64,000 nt of DNA from Histomonas meleagridis 2922-C6/04-290x. Its lineage: Eukaryota; Protista; Parabasalia. The translations under genes were made by a program, and so were the position numbers. Location: NCBI GenBank assembly GCA_020184695.1, contig JAANOX010000003.1, forward strand, positions 1 through 64,000, written 5' to 3'. Of the stretch, positions 46,234 through 58,349 are shown piece after piece (position 1 is the first letter of the stretch; every line of letters begins with the position of its first letter). Under the pieces are notes generated by a model. It was not told where the DNA came from. It saw only the letters and a program-made list of their open reading frames with translations, and made no database searches.

Positions 46234-47268
46234 ATGTTAGCCAATGCAAATCAACAGATCAGCCTGGTAGAAATCCAAAAGATACTACCAGAGCACCATT
46301 ACCATTTTAAGAAGACGATTGGCGCTGGTGGTTATGGTACTGTTTTCCTTGTTCGATCAGAAAAATATAATCAAGATTTTTGCGTAAAGAGAATTAGTCA
46401 GCCAGAAACAGCATATGATGAAACAAAAAATGAGGCAACAACATTGTTTGGATTATGTCATCCGAATATTATATCGATGTATGAATTTTTTTTTGATGAA
46501 TCATATACCAATTTGTACATAGTGTTAGAGTACTGTAGAGGAGGATCATTAAAAGATGTAATTGAGAAAGAAGGACCCATTCATCCACCTAAATTATATT
46601 CAATTTGCTACCATATAATAAAAGCACTTTTACATTGCCATGAGCAAAATGTTGCTCATAGGGACATAAAACCTGCAAATATTCTATTAGATAATTATGG
46701 AAGACCGAAACTTGCAGATTTTGGTCTGAGTAAGAAGTTAGAAAGGGGAGAAAAGGATAATAGTTACGCAGGTTCACATCCGTACATGGCACCGGAAATT
46801 ATTAATCGACAGAAAGTAGATCCGTTCTTAGCTGACATTTGGTCGCTTGGGATCACATTCTATACGATAGCGTTTGGAAGGCTTCCATGGCTTGTTCACA
46901 CTAAAGATGAATTGAACATAGCGATTAGCATTGGAAACTTTGCTTTCCCTTCCTATGCTGATTCAAGGTTCTGTCTTCTAATAAGATCAATGACAGCTGT
47001 AGATCCGGCGAAAAGGGCGCCGTTGTCAAAGCTTCTTCGATCACCATTATTTGATGATATACATAAGTTTTCATATACTACACTTTATCCTTCGAATAAA
47101 AGAGAACCTGTTGGTAATTCAATGAGTCTAAGATCTAAAGGACTTTCGCCTACAGTTTCTTTTGGGAAAATTAGAATAGAGAAAAATAACGTGAGGACTT
47201 GCTCGGTTGGGAAAACAAGTTCGAGGAGGGGTCCTTTAGTACAGAAAACCTTTGCTCCGAATGTTTAA
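46234..47268 (+). CDS. Ser/Thr protein kinase (CAMK-like group)
   Basis: GAGGYG, VK, HRDIKPAN, DFG, APE and DIWSLG motifs. Confidence 0.93.
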   Translation: MLANANQQISLVEIQKILPEHHYHFKKTIGAGGYGTVFLVRSEKYNQDFCVKRISQPETAYDETKNEATTLFGLCHPNIISMYEFFFDESYTNLYIVLEYCRGGSLKDVIEKEGPIHPPKLYSICYHIIKALLHCHEQNVAHRDIKPANILLDNYGRPKLADFGLSKKLERGEKDNSYAGSHPYMAPEIINRQKVDPFLADIWSLGITFYTIAFGRLPWLVHTKDELNIAISIGNFAFPSYADSRFCLLIRSMTAVDPAKRAPLSKLLRSPLFDDIHKFSYTTLYPSNKREPVGNSMSLRSKGLSPTVSFGKIRIEKNNVRTCSVGKTSSRRGPLVQKTFAPNV

Positions 47269-48216
47269 ATAAATCGTATAAATTGAGTCATTTGTTAAGT
47301 TTTTCTATGAAAGGTGGTAAAGAAGCTGCTTTATGTAATGTATTGCTAGCGTCAGAATTGAAGGTGTGAAATTGTAATAAAATCTGATAAAACTTGGAAT
47401 TTCGTCATTAACTGTGTAAGAGAGGCCAGATGAAAGTAAGGGACATGAGCTTTATCTTCAAGAAGAAAAAAATTGAGCTTGGCGTTAGCCCTGAATCCTA
47501 CACCAAAATCACAAGTTGATTTCTGATGATAAGAGGGCAAAATTGAATAAATTTTACCAGAAGTTTTCTTAGCTCTGAAATGAATTTGAATTTGAATGAT
47601 TTTGAGTTTTCTACAACCTGGTTTGAATGTAATAGCTGATAAAACCGTAGATTTTATTCTACTTTTTCAAACAAAACACTCAGTCAGCGGTTTTTCTTGA
47701 GGGCTTTCCTTCCCGTGGCCATGATTTTGAAACGCGTTTATAGAAAAATGCCTGGATTTACAGTGTATGAATAATTCAATGTAGATTCTGAATACTTGAA
47801 GATGTAAAATCCAAAAAAGATTATTTTGGTTTTTCAGCATGAAAGCTTTTTATTTGGAGGAAAAGTTTCACCAAAAAAAGAACCTGGACGATTCTATCAT
47901 CAATGGCGAAAAATTTATGTGATGTTCATTTCAGATAGAAAAATGATTTAAAAAAAATAATGTTTTTTTACATTGATATCAAAGGTATTTAAGATCAAAA
48001 GAAAGTGGCTCTTTTCATTTTACAATTAAGTGTTTCTTGTTTAAACATATTTTTTACATTATATACAAAATTTTATTTTTTAAGTAATTTTTTCCACAAT
48101 TGCATAAAATATTATTTATAAAAATGATCACAAATTAAAGCATATAACATTTGATAAAAAGCAAATAAATAATTAATTTTATTTACAATTTATGAAAGAA
48201 TTTTTATTTAACAAAA

Positions 48217-49344
48217 TTACAAATCTTTCCCGATTTTTCTCTTTCCTTCAATAGTTGAAAGAGCATTAAATGTTAGAGCATCGATTATTGCAGCGAATGA
48301 AAATGCTCCGCCAATAATTCCAGTCATTCTTATTAAGAAGTCCCTTAATGGCATTCTCGTTTCTTTTGTTATCACTTTCATTGGTGAGAAATCGTAATAA
48401 AAATGAATTCCTGGCAATGCTTTTCTTGTCATATTAGTCAAATGCTTTTGTGAATACATAACAGAATAACGATACGAATCGATTTCTGTATTTCCAATAT
48501 GTTTAGATGGAACAAAATGTAAATAATATGCAACAATCCATTTGTTGTCGCTTTCTGTTTTTGGTAATTCAACTGTCACTTTTTCAAGCGGCGGAATGAA
48601 ATTTGGAAGTTTCTTACCAACGCGGAACTTGTTGATGGTATGATTTAAAGATGTGTTTAATGGAACGCTAGAAAGTTCGTGTGAATGTGTCTTCCCATTA
48701 CTTGAGATGACATTTGATCCTAGACCAAAATGAAATACACCTGATCCACGTTTGACTTTAAGAGAACCTTTAAAACGACATCGCTCTTGACCGAAATCAA
48801 TATATCCTTCTTTGATACATTGTTCCCATCGATCTGCACCGAAATATGTCCATCCTTTTTTCTTGAACGCAACCATAACATCATGACAAGAATTGCAACA
48901 ACTCCCTTGAGGGAGAGCACCATAACAAGAACCACAATATTTATCTGAAACATTTAATTTTTTGTATAAATTGTTGTTATATCTTTTTTCCATAGCTTGC
49001 TCAATTGTAATACCTGATGAATCAAGACGTGTTCGAGTCATATTGTCAATTATATCTGTTTTTGTTGATCCATCTGCCTCAAGAAGATCTAAATGAAGAC
49101 TTGTACAAGAACTTTGAATTTCAATATCTATATCTATATAAATTTTTCTTGGGCTTTGTAATGAGTCATTATCTATTACGACATTTGATTCTGTTTTTGT
49201 TTTAAAGACATTTGATAATTGATCAATAAATAAAAAACTTATCCAAAAAATTACCAGTAAACTAATAATACCTCCAGAAGTTGTTTGTATTCTTGCACTG
49301 TTATCTTTAAATTTTGGGAAAACATCGAATTTCCACAAAATCAT
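48217..49344 (-). CDS. ERGIC/Erv41-Erv46 family COPII cargo receptor
   Basis: KFDVFPK, TSGGIIS, CGSCYGA...CCNSC, PGIHFYYDFSP and TGIIGG motifs. Confidence 0.9.
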   Translation of the reverse strand: MILWKFDVFPKFKDNSARIQTTSGGIISLLVIFWISFLFIDQLSNVFKTKTESNVVIDNDSLQSPRKIYIDIDIEIQSSCTSLHLDLLEADGSTKTDIIDNMTRTRLDSSGITIEQAMEKRYNNNLYKKLNVSDKYCGSCYGALPQGSCCNSCHDVMVAFKKKGWTYFGADRWEQCIKEGYIDFGQERCRFKGSLKVKRGSGVFHFGLGSNVISSNGKTHSHELSSVPLNTSLNHTINKFRVGKKLPNFIPPLEKVTVELPKTESDNKWIVAYYLHFVPSKHIGNTEIDSYRYSVMYSQKHLTNMTRKALPGIHFYYDFSPMKVITKETRMPLRDFLIRMTGIIGGAFSFAAIIDALTFNALSTIEGKRKIGKDL

Positions 49345-49458
49345 CTGTTTTATTTAAAAACGGTCTCCGAAAAATACGATCAAAGCTCATTGATTTTTTT
49401 TGAATTGTTTACAAAAAACGAAAACAATTAAAACAATCATATGATTTACAAATTTGTA

Positions 49459-50283
49459 TTATGTTATTTCATCGTATACGCTTAAGAGACCAGATCTCTT
49501 TCTGTTGGCCGATATCATAATACATGGGATAACTTCGGCCAAAAGTTGTCCAATTGCAGTATTCAATAAACTTCCGATTCCATGATAGTTATCTTTTGAA
49601 GTAGCTCCAAAGACGTAGTAATAAAGAATTGTTGAGACTGCACGAATAACTAGTGCTACAATTAATACTATTGACATTTTCAAAAACTTTAATCCGACTG
49701 ATTTACTGTTTCCTAAAGCATATTTGAGCTTCTTAAAAATGTCTATACAAAAGTATAATATCAAAATCCCGCAGATGATATCTCTGGCTACTGCAATCCA
49801 AACTTCTGAAGCATGGAACGCGTCTTCTTTCAATGCAAAAATAAAGATAATAAGAAGGACACCAAGGGCAAGAATTGTGGCATTAACAATAAAAGACCAA
49901 AGTGCAATTTTTTGGAAATAATTACTGGAATCATTCAATAACAAGTTTGCTGAAATTGAACACCAAAGGAAGAACATTAGTATATAAACTGCTGACATAA
50001 AATATCCTGGAATACCGCAAAATATTGCTGATAACTTACTTTGTGTTTTATCAATTCCAAGTAAACATGCCCACACTAAATATCCAGCAAATCGCAAAAA
50101 CAAGGTAATAATGTACATAATCTGAGAGCCTTTATATCCAGGAAGTTTTGGAGTTAGTGTTCTGAGATCTGGTAAAATACAGATGAGATAAACTATAAAT
50201 AACAATAAGAATATAAAAGCTAGTAAAGAATATAAAATAATCCATCCTGTTTTGTTTTGGATTGCTTCTGATTCCAATAACAT
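49459..50283 (-). CDS. Seven-TM membrane protein, THH1/TOM1/TOM3-like
   Basis: Seven hydrophobic segments with spacing and ending (EVIP) like the TOM1 family; family call is by recall. Confidence 0.55.
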   Translation of the reverse strand: MLLESEAIQNKTGWIILYSLLAFIFLLLFIVYLICILPDLRTLTPKLPGYKGSQIMYIITLFLRFAGYLVWACLLGIDKTQSKLSAIFCGIPGYFMSAVYILMFFLWCSISANLLLNDSSNYFQKIALWSFIVNATILALGVLLIIFIFALKEDAFHASEVWIAVARDIICGILILYFCIDIFKKLKYALGNSKSVGLKFLKMSIVLIVALVIRAVSTILYYYVFGATSKDNYHGIGSLLNTAIGQLLAEVIPCIMISANRKRSGLLSVYDEIT

Positions 50284-50439
50284 CCAGCCTTTATTTTAAG
50301 GAGATTTTCTCACAATTATTTTCTTAATTGAACGAGAATATTTGACATTAGTAAAATCATTGAAATTTTTTCGTTACGACAAATATTTGAGGGCGGTTTT
50401 TTGATGTGATTAATGATGCATTAATTAGATTCTAAGCTA

Positions 50440-51937
50440 ATGCTCGATTTCTTGAAAAAGAATAAATCCATTAGTAGACCGCCTACTTCTGTTCAATCTT
50501 CTCGTGCTAAGAATATAAAATCGAATTTAATTCCAGAAAAATTAACAATTCAAGATTACGTATGTTTTTTTTCTAACTTAGCAGTGTAATAAACTCATAG
50601 AACTAGATGAAAAAAACAATAAATATAAGGCCGAAATTGATAACATAAAAAAGCAAATCTTGAACATTGAAACCAAAAATCAAAATATTCAAAAAGAAAT
50701 TTTGGTTTTAAAGGGATATATTGACAATGACACAGAAGTTCGGATGTCAAAAGCGATCGATGTTATATTAAATATGATCAAGAACTATTTAGATGCGACA
50801 AATGAAGTAACAAATAAAATTGAAACATATGAAGGAACAAAGCAAAAGATGTACGAAGAATATCAACGCAAAAACGAAACATTAAAACAACTTCAAAACG
50901 ATATAACCGATTTAAAGCAAAAAATAGAGAAAAACCGAATCACAATTTCTAATTTTAAGCAAACAATTGAACAAATTCAACAAGAAATCACTGAAAAAAA
51001 TGAACAAAAAGACACATTAAAATCCCAAATTTCACAAATAAACACAAAATCAGAAGAATTAAACATCAATGACATTAATAATCAATTAAATTCATTACAA
51101 ACGAATTACCAAACAATTCAATCACAAAAAACAAATTTAGAAGAAAAACTAAAACTTCTTCAAAGTGAAATACTTCAACACGAAAACGATTTCTCTGATT
51201 ACAATTCCACATTTCAACAACTGAAAACGGAACTTAACACCAAAAAACAAAATCCTGCACTGAATAATCGTAATGACAACTTTATTAACGAGAACAAAAT
51301 CACCAAACAAAACATAACCAAAATAAGAGAAACGTATGAAGAACTTCGAAGGCAATTACAAACAATAGAAATATCACAAAGTAAATACATCGAATCGATA
51401 CAAGAAAACAAAAGCAAATTACAGACGTTACCTAATTCGCACAGTAATAATAATCAGCAAGTGCAATTTGAAGTAATGAATCAAGCGCGACTCAAAGGTG
51501 AAAGTCAAGCGTTACTTCATAGACTTAAAGACGCGAACTTAAGTTATGAGAAAACGCAAAAAGAAATACAAATTTATTCACAAGAACTATCGAAAGAAAA
51601 GGAATTATCAATGAATAAGAAAACAATTCTCGCTGCAAAGATTAACGAGTCACAACAAATTATATCAAATGAAGAATCCGAAATAAGAAAAACTTCGACA
51701 GAAATTAACGAAATTAAACTGAAGTTAAATTTGATCAAAAATAAACAAAGCGCAATCAAGAAACTACAAAAGCATTTGCAGAAAACGGAGGCAGAAATTC
51801 AGAGCCTGTCGCAGAAACAAAAAGAAATTAAAAACTCGCAAAAGAAACTCCTCGAGAAAGAGAACGGAAATCACCAAAATCGCGCGACGCTGCCAAACGC
51901 AAAGGCAAACAGAACGAGGACGCTGCAGCTGGACTAG
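50440..51937 (+). CDS. Coiled-coil protein, two exons (50440-50559; 50582 or 50585-51937)
   Basis: The ORF track starts at TTG 50660, but the frame is open from 50582. An upstream ATG exon (MLDFLKKNK...IQDY) joins in frame through a short intron. Confidence 0.78.
50560..50581 (+). other. 22-nt spliceosomal intron (GTATGTTTTTTTTCTAACTTAG); 25 nt if the next CAG is used
   Basis: GTATGT...CTAAC...AG with an in-frame TAA inside; both acceptors keep the frame. Confidence 0.8.
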
Positions 51938-52030
51938 AGTATGAGTAAAATTTGGGTTATGTTACGAATTTGTAGTTTAGTAAATGCTGGTGTTGTGAAT
52001 GAAACGGGCTATGGATTGGTGGAAAATGCT

Positions 52031-52432
52031 TTTGTCGGTGTTTGATGAATAAAACTTGAAGTTGCGATTTAGCGTTTGAGTTTAGTGTGATATTTGTCTC
52101 GCAAATTTATAATGTGTAAATGTTCCGCATTAAAAATTTAATGGAACACAAAACAGAAAATGTTTTTGTCGGTGTTTGATGAATAAAACTTGAAGTTGCG
52201 ATTTAGCGTTTGAGTTTAGTGTGATATTTGTGTCGCAAATTTATAATGTGTAAATGTTCCGCATTAAAAATTTAATGGAACACAAAACAGAAAATGTTTT
52301 TGTCGGTGTTTGATGAATAAAACTTGAAGTTGCGATTTAGCGTTTGAGTTTAGTGTGATATTTGTGTTGCAAATTTATAATGTGTAAATGTTCCGCATTA
52401 AAAGTTTAATGGAACACAAAACAGAAAATGCT
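52031..52432. repeat. Three near-identical 134-nt tandem repeats, plus a degenerate partial copy at ~52565-52650
   Basis: Unit starts tttgtcggtgtttgatgaat at 52031, 52165 and 52299. Confidence 0.92.
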
Positions 52433-52884
52433 TTTATAATGTAATTTGGCAAGTACAAAGCTATGTTTTATTTTGTGGAATTTGAAGATTTGATTTCGAA
52501 AATTTGATGATTAAAAAGAATTTAAGTATTTCGATTTGGTATTAGCTTGTCATGTAGGAGCACTTATTTGAGTTTAATGTGATATTTCTGCTACAAATTT
52601 GTAATGTGCAAATGTTTAACAATAAAAATTTGGTGAAACACAAAAAAGAGGGTGCCTCTGTGGCGTGGTGGAGTAAAACCTTGGTTAGGTTTTATGTTGG
52701 AATTTAGTTGCGATCCATGGCATTTGATCTGGAAAATTTGATGATGAAATAGATTGCGACGTAATTCGATTTAACATTAATTTTAGGCATTTTTTTATAT
52801 CAAAACACTTATTTGATTTTATTGTATGTTTGCAAAATGTGAATTAGGAGATGTGATTTGACAAAGTCTGCTCGACTAAAAATT

Positions 52885-55800
52885 ATGAGGAAATCAGCAA
52901 TACCAGGGACACTTCTTTCAATCAGAATGATAAATTTTATGATACACGACAATTTGTTGATAGAGCTTGAGCCACGTGTAAATTTTATTACAGGAAGAAA
53001 TGGATCTGGTAAAAGTTCAATATTAGTTGCACTTTCTGTTGGGCTTGGATCTAATACAAAATTATCTGGTCGTGGACAAAGCCTTTCAGGTTTAATCAAA
53101 GATGGAAGACATGAAGCCACAATTTCCATTGTCATTCAAAATGGGCCCAATGGTTATCAATTTGAGAAATATGGTGAAACAATTACAATTACACGAAAGA
53201 TTACACATAGTTCTTCACGATTTGAAATCTCAGGTATTGCTCGAACAAATTCCACACATATTCGGGAAGAATTATCCAAAATCTTATCATTTTTCAATAT
53301 TCAAAATGACAATCCATGTTCAATTATGCACCAAGATGTTGCCAGAGAATTTATTAGTTCATCCACGCCAGCCAAAAAATATGAATTATTTATGAAAGGC
53401 ACATTAATCACAAAACTTAACAATGAAATCCAAACCATTTCCAACAACATAGAGAAGATAAAAGCGCAACGAAGAATCCATCTTGAAGGCAACGCTCGAC
53501 TTGAACAAGAATTCAATGAGCAAAAGCGGTTATTTGATATAGTTGAAGAAGCTGATGGCCTTGTGCAAATCATACATAATCTTGAAGATGAACTTGTCTG
53601 GTCCCATTATCGACAATCGCAACTGGTATCAGACAAATTAGAAAATGAGTTAATTGATATCCGACAAACGTTATCAGACCAAGAAAATCGGTATCAAGAC
53701 TGTAAATCGCGAAGTGAGACAGCACGCCGCGAATTTAATCAGTACAAACAAAAGATGCAAGAAGAAATGGAGCAACTTTCCTCATATAAAAAAGAGAAAG
53801 ATAAACTTGGTGACAACTTAAAACAAGTCCAAAGTAGTATTAGTTCCAACAAAGCGCAATTAAAACGATGTAATAACTTCATTGAAACGACAGTTGTTGA
53901 CTTACAAACTAAAGAAGAAGAATTACAAAGATTAGAAAACGAAAGAAAAAGAGCAATCGAAACAGCAAGTATTAAGAAGCAACAATTTATAGTACAAAAA
54001 GAAGCAGAACAACAACAATTAGAACGTGAATTAGAAACTGCCGAAAACTTTGCGCATGAAATTAAGAACAACATAAAATATTTAATGTCTGAACGAGAAA
54101 ACTTAAAAATGACAAAGACAGAAATCGATGAACATTTATCTACAATATCAACAAAGTTACGAAGTTTAAAAAGCGTAGCTAATAGTGCAAGTAATGAACA
54201 TAATTCATTATATAATAAGATACAACAAAAAATCCGAAGTTTTTCATATCCACCAATTGGACCCATTTCTAAATATATTAAATTAAAAGATATGAAATGG
54301 GGTATAGCAGTACAACATATTATTGGGAAAAGTATGAATGTCTTTATAGTTAATAATCATAATGATGAAAAAATATTACGATCAATAATTGGTAATGAAA
54401 TTCGTAATTTTACAGTTGCAGTTTATGATTTTACTAAAAGTAAATATCCAAAAGATTCACGACTTCAACATATAGAACAATTAGATTGTATATCTATTAT
54501 TGATTCAATTGTTATAACAAATGAAAAAATTCAAGCAACAAATCATAGTAATGTATCAAATATTTCTGATATAATTCATAATGTATTAATTGATATATAT
54601 AATGCAGATCGAATCTTTTGTTTCGAAGATGAAGAAATCGCACGAAAAACTGCATTTGAAACAAGAGGTATCTCAACAATTACTACAGAAGGTTATCAAT
54701 TTAAGATCCAAGGCGGATATAAATTCATATTTAGTCCGAAAACTCATCAATGTCGTATAGGTATTGATGAAAGTTTACGTATTCGTCAATTAGAAGAAGA
54801 ACAACATAAAGTACGTGATGATAAGAATGACATTGAAAATCGTCTTCGACAACTAGAAATAGATTTAGAAAAAACAAAAAATGATCGAAATTATAATGAT
54901 TCAAAACGCTCTGAATTAAACAAAAGATTAAATCGCGTGAAAATCGAATTACAAACACCACCAGATGAAATCGATGAATTCGATGCACAATTAAATTCAT
55001 TAAAGAATCGGATCCAAAAGTTAAAGAATATATATGAAGAGAATCATAACATGGAGCCGATCTTAAAAGAGAAAATTAATGACTTACAACAAGAGAAAAG
55101 AGAATTAATTAAAAAGATCTCCGAACTTAGTGAGAAGTTAAATCAAACAGATTCATTTAAAGCAGAAAGTGATCGACTATTTAATAACATGCGAACTGTC
55201 GAAAGAGAATTAGAGAAAGAACAAAAGAAAATAAGTCAAATCCAAGAAAAAGAACATCAAATTCAACAAAAGTCAGAACAAGCAAAGAAAGAAGCGAATG
55301 ATAACTTAGAGAAAGCTCGTACACATTCACCGGAATGTGAAGATAAATATAAAACATCTGCACGTCCTCCACAAACATTAGCGACAATGTTAAAAGAAGA
55401 ACGAAGGAAATATGAAGAAGCTCAAAACATTTCTGGATTAGACTTCAGTCAAGTTCGATTGAAGTATAAAAAGACAAAAGCGCTTTACGAGAAAGCAAAG
55501 AGATATCTGATGGAACAAGAAGAGTTCTTAATACAGTCAGAGAAAAGAATCGAAAGTCGAAAAGAGAAATTACAAGTGATACAACATAGTATTACACGGA
55601 GAGCAAAGATATCATTCTTGACGTACTTGAAACAAAGAAATTACACAGGAAAGTTACGCTTCGACCATGAAAACCACGTGATCGATATCGCAGTGAAACA
55701 AAAGGCTGACCAGGACTTCACAGACGTAATGAACTTGTCCGGCGGTGAGAAAAGTTATTGTTTGGTTTCGCTGCTGTTGGCGCTGTGGGATGTGATGGAA

Positions 55801-55986
55801 TGCCCATTTTATTGCGTGGACGAATTCGACGTATGTATGGACGAGGTGAATAGACAGGCGGCAACCAGTATGCTGGTGAAGGGAGCGGAGATTATGGAAA
55901 ATAGACAGTTTATTTTCATAACACCGCTGTCATTGGACCACATGAAAAATGATAAACATGTGAAAATATTTGAAGTGACTAAATAA
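52885..55986 (+). CDS. SMC6: Structural maintenance of chromosomes protein 6
   Basis: NFMIH...VNFITGRNGSGKSSIL..L.VGLG, coiled coils and hinge, LSGGEKSY...LLLALW...PFYCVDEFDVCMD. Confidence 0.9.
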   Translation: MRKSAIPGTLLSIRMINFMIHDNLLIELEPRVNFITGRNGSGKSSILVALSVGLGSNTKLSGRGQSLSGLIKDGRHEATISIVIQNGPNGYQFEKYGETITITRKITHSSSRFEISGIARTNSTHIREELSKILSFFNIQNDNPCSIMHQDVAREFISSSTPAKKYELFMKGTLITKLNNEIQTISNNIEKIKAQRRIHLEGNARLEQEFNEQKRLFDIVEEADGLVQIIHNLEDELVWSHYRQSQLVSDKLENELIDIRQTLSDQENRYQDCKSRSETARREFNQYKQKMQEEMEQLSSYKKEKDKLGDNLKQVQSSISSNKAQLKRCNNFIETTVVDLQTKEEELQRLENERKRAIETASIKKQQFIVQKEAEQQQLERELETAENFAHEIKNNIKYLMSERENLKMTKTEIDEHLSTISTKLRSLKSVANSASNEHNSLYNKIQQKIRSFSYPPIGPISKYIKLKDMKWGIAVQHIIGKSMNVFIVNNHNDEKILRSIIGNEIRNFTVAVYDFTKSKYPKDSRLQHIEQLDCISIIDSIVITNEKIQATNHSNVSNISDIIHNVLIDIYNADRIFCFEDEEIARKTAFETRGISTITTEGYQFKIQGGYKFIFSPKTHQCRIGIDESLRIRQLEEEQHKVRDDKNDIENRLRQLEIDLEKTKNDRNYNDSKRSELNKRLNRVKIELQTPPDEIDEFDAQLNSLKNRIQKLKNIYEENHNMEPILKEKINDLQQEKRELIKKISELSEKLNQTDSFKAESDRLFNNMRTVERELEKEQKKISQIQEKEHQIQQKSEQAKKEANDNLEKARTHSPECEDKYKTSARPPQTLATMLKEERRKYEEAQNISGLDFSQVRLKYKKTKALYEKAKRYLMEQEEFLIQSEKRIESRKEKLQVIQHSITRRAKISFLTYLKQRNYTGKLRFDHENHVIDIAVKQKADQDFTDVMNLSGGEKSYCLVSLLLALWDVMECPFYCVDEFDVCMDEVNRQAATSMLVKGAEIMENRQFIFITPLSLDHMKNDKHVKIFEVTK

Positions 55987-56449
55987 AATTATATAGAAAG
56001 TGAACAATCGGTATTTTTCATTTGAAGAATGGAAATGGATGAGATAAAAAGCGAATATTCGACGCGAAGTTAATAAGAGAGGAAATGATAAAATGTGATA
56101 TATCCCATAATTGACGCGGAAAATTTGGAATTTCTTCGCTGTTTAAAGTTGAAGTCGGAATGAAAACGCAAAAAACATCGGAGTAATGAAATTGTAACAA
56201 GATTTTCACTAGCATTACCATGAAATTCAGACGCACTTTTGGCTAAGACAAAAGCATTGACAAAATCGATTTTGTTGAATTGGAATATAACAGATAACGA
56301 GTTTGAAACACTTCCATTTGAAGTACATTTGTTTAAAACTGAAATTCCATGGCATCAAGTCGTGGAAATTAAAGTTAATGAAGCTTGAACAATCGAATCT
56401 AAATACTTGATTTCAAAATAATATTTGGTATTTGTTAAAATTATTTAAT

Positions 56450-57019
56450 ACTGCACTTATGTTTGCATCTGAAAATGGTCATATCGGTACAGCTAGATTA
56501 CTTCTTAAGCGAAAAGATATTGATGTTAACGTGGAAAATCTTTATTTGATTTGTTTGAAGTTTTTTTTAAATTTTTGATATTTTAAAATACTATTTGAAA
56601 ATTATTTGAATTATTTGAAACAACACTTATTTTAGCATCTATGAATGGTCAAAGAGGAAATGTTAAATTACTTCTTGAACAAGGAAGAATTTGCATTAGT
56701 GCTAAGGATGTAATTTTTTAATAATTTAATGTTTCAAAATAATATTCGGAATTTGTTGAAATTATTTAAAACAGCACTTATGTGGGCATCTGAGAAAGGT
56801 AACACAGAAATAGTTAAATTACTTCTTGAACAAGATGGAATTGATGTTAATGCCGAAGACATTTATTTATTTTATTTGATATTCATTTCACTAATTTAAA
56901 ATAAAATTTGGAAATTATTTATATTATTTAACACAGCACTTATGAAAGCATCTATATATAATTATATTGAAATATTGAAATTGCTTCATGAGAAAAGTTG
57001 TAATAAAAAGACCAATTAA
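56450..57019 (+). repeat. Orphan ankyrin-module/spacer array, partly degenerate
   Basis: Modules start at 56450, 56620, 56771 and 56933 (partial); spacers are 80, 61 and 72 nt. Confidence 0.8.
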
Positions 57020-57394
57020 GGTGAACTAAATTCATCAATACATCTGATCTCAAAACAAAAAGTCAAGTCAATTTTACAGTAAAAAGCAATGTATAAAATG
57101 GCATTTCAAGACCCATAACACTATCGCTCCAAAACCAGTTTCACATGAAACTTTTTCAGCATATGCCGATCATAACCGTTGAAAACAAAAATGTGTTCGT
57201 TGTTCAAAAATGAATGGTTTACTTTTATTATAAAGTATTCAAAAAGTGTAAAATATTAGTGTTGTGACTTTGTATATGAAGATTAAAATTTACCCTTAAG
57301 ACCACATCGTAATCCAAAAAATTGAGATGAAACCGTCCACGGTTATTGACTCAAAATGTTCTTTGTTATAGAATAATGTAAAAGTGCTTACCAA

Positions 57395-58045
57395 ATGAAT
57401 TCTATGGCTCAACTTAAAGAGGGAATTCTCCCTGTTGATTGTCAAAACCCAGATTACCTATTAAAGGTTATCCTTACTGGCGATTCAGGTGTTGGCAAAA
57501 CCAATATACTTTCACAATTTGTCAGAAATCAATTTAATCCAGATTCAATGACAACAATTGGTGTTGAGTTTGCCACCAAAACAGTTCATGTTAATGGGAA
57601 AACAGTAAAAGCTCAAATATGGGATACTGCTGGACAAGAAAGATACAGAGCTATCACATCTGCATATTACAAAGGAGCTAAAGGGGCTATATTAATGTAT
57701 GACATAACCTCGCCCAACTCATTTACTTCTCTTACCAAATGGATAAAAGAAATCAGGGATAACACAGAAAATATTCCTATTTTACTTGTTGGAAATAAAA
57801 TTGATCTTAAAGACAGAAGATCAATTTCTGTAGAGGAAGGGAAAAACTTTGCTGAAAGAGAACAATTATTATTCATAGAAACATCTGCACTTGATGCAAC
57901 AAATGTTCAAGAAGCTTTTACGCAGCTTTTATCTTATATACTTGAAAAGTACGAAGCCAGCGGAATCCATAAACCAGAAGAGGATAATAAACAAGTTTCC
58001 AATGGCGCACCAATTCAATCAAATAAGAAGGGCTGTTGCTGTTAA
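57395..58045 (+). CDS. RAB11: Rab11-family GTPase
   Basis: [43 protein letters not shown] and a C-terminal CCC. Confidence 0.9.
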   Translation: MNSMAQLKEGILPVDCQNPDYLLKVILTGDSGVGKTNILSQFVRNQFNPDSMTTIGVEFATKTVHVNGKTVKAQIWDTAGQERYRAITSAYYKGAKGAILMYDITSPNSFTSLTKWIKEIRDNTENIPILLVGNKIDLKDRRSISVEEGKNFAEREQLLFIETSALDATNVQEAFTQLLSYILEKYEASGIHKPEEDNKQVSNGAPIQSNKKGCCC

Positions 58046-58349
58046 ATTAATAAAATTTCTTGGTATAAGACGAAATTAAACTTATTTTTCGTTTTCGTAT
58101 AGATGATAAAAACAAATTGATCAGATATCTGATTTATCTTGTTTTGTCTTTTCATCATATATTTTCTTTATTGTCCTATGTATACCATAGTGTAAACATA
58201 GATATTGAAAATTTTAAGTAATTTCTCCGAATTCTGCAAATTTGTATATTTGTTACAAAAAATAATCAAATTAAACATTACTCATTTTTCAATTATCACC
58301 ATGTTCGGTAGCGTTCTTCATTCTCCAATAAAACACGAGATAATTTTTT

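Noticed and set aside
15936-52884. Upstream TTG/GTG starts given by the ORF track (15974, 17066, 20230, 39616, 40266, 40593, 50660, 52858)
   Set aside because: Eukaryotic genes; an in-frame ATG (downstream, or in an upstream exon for 50660) fits the protein family and promoter motifs better.
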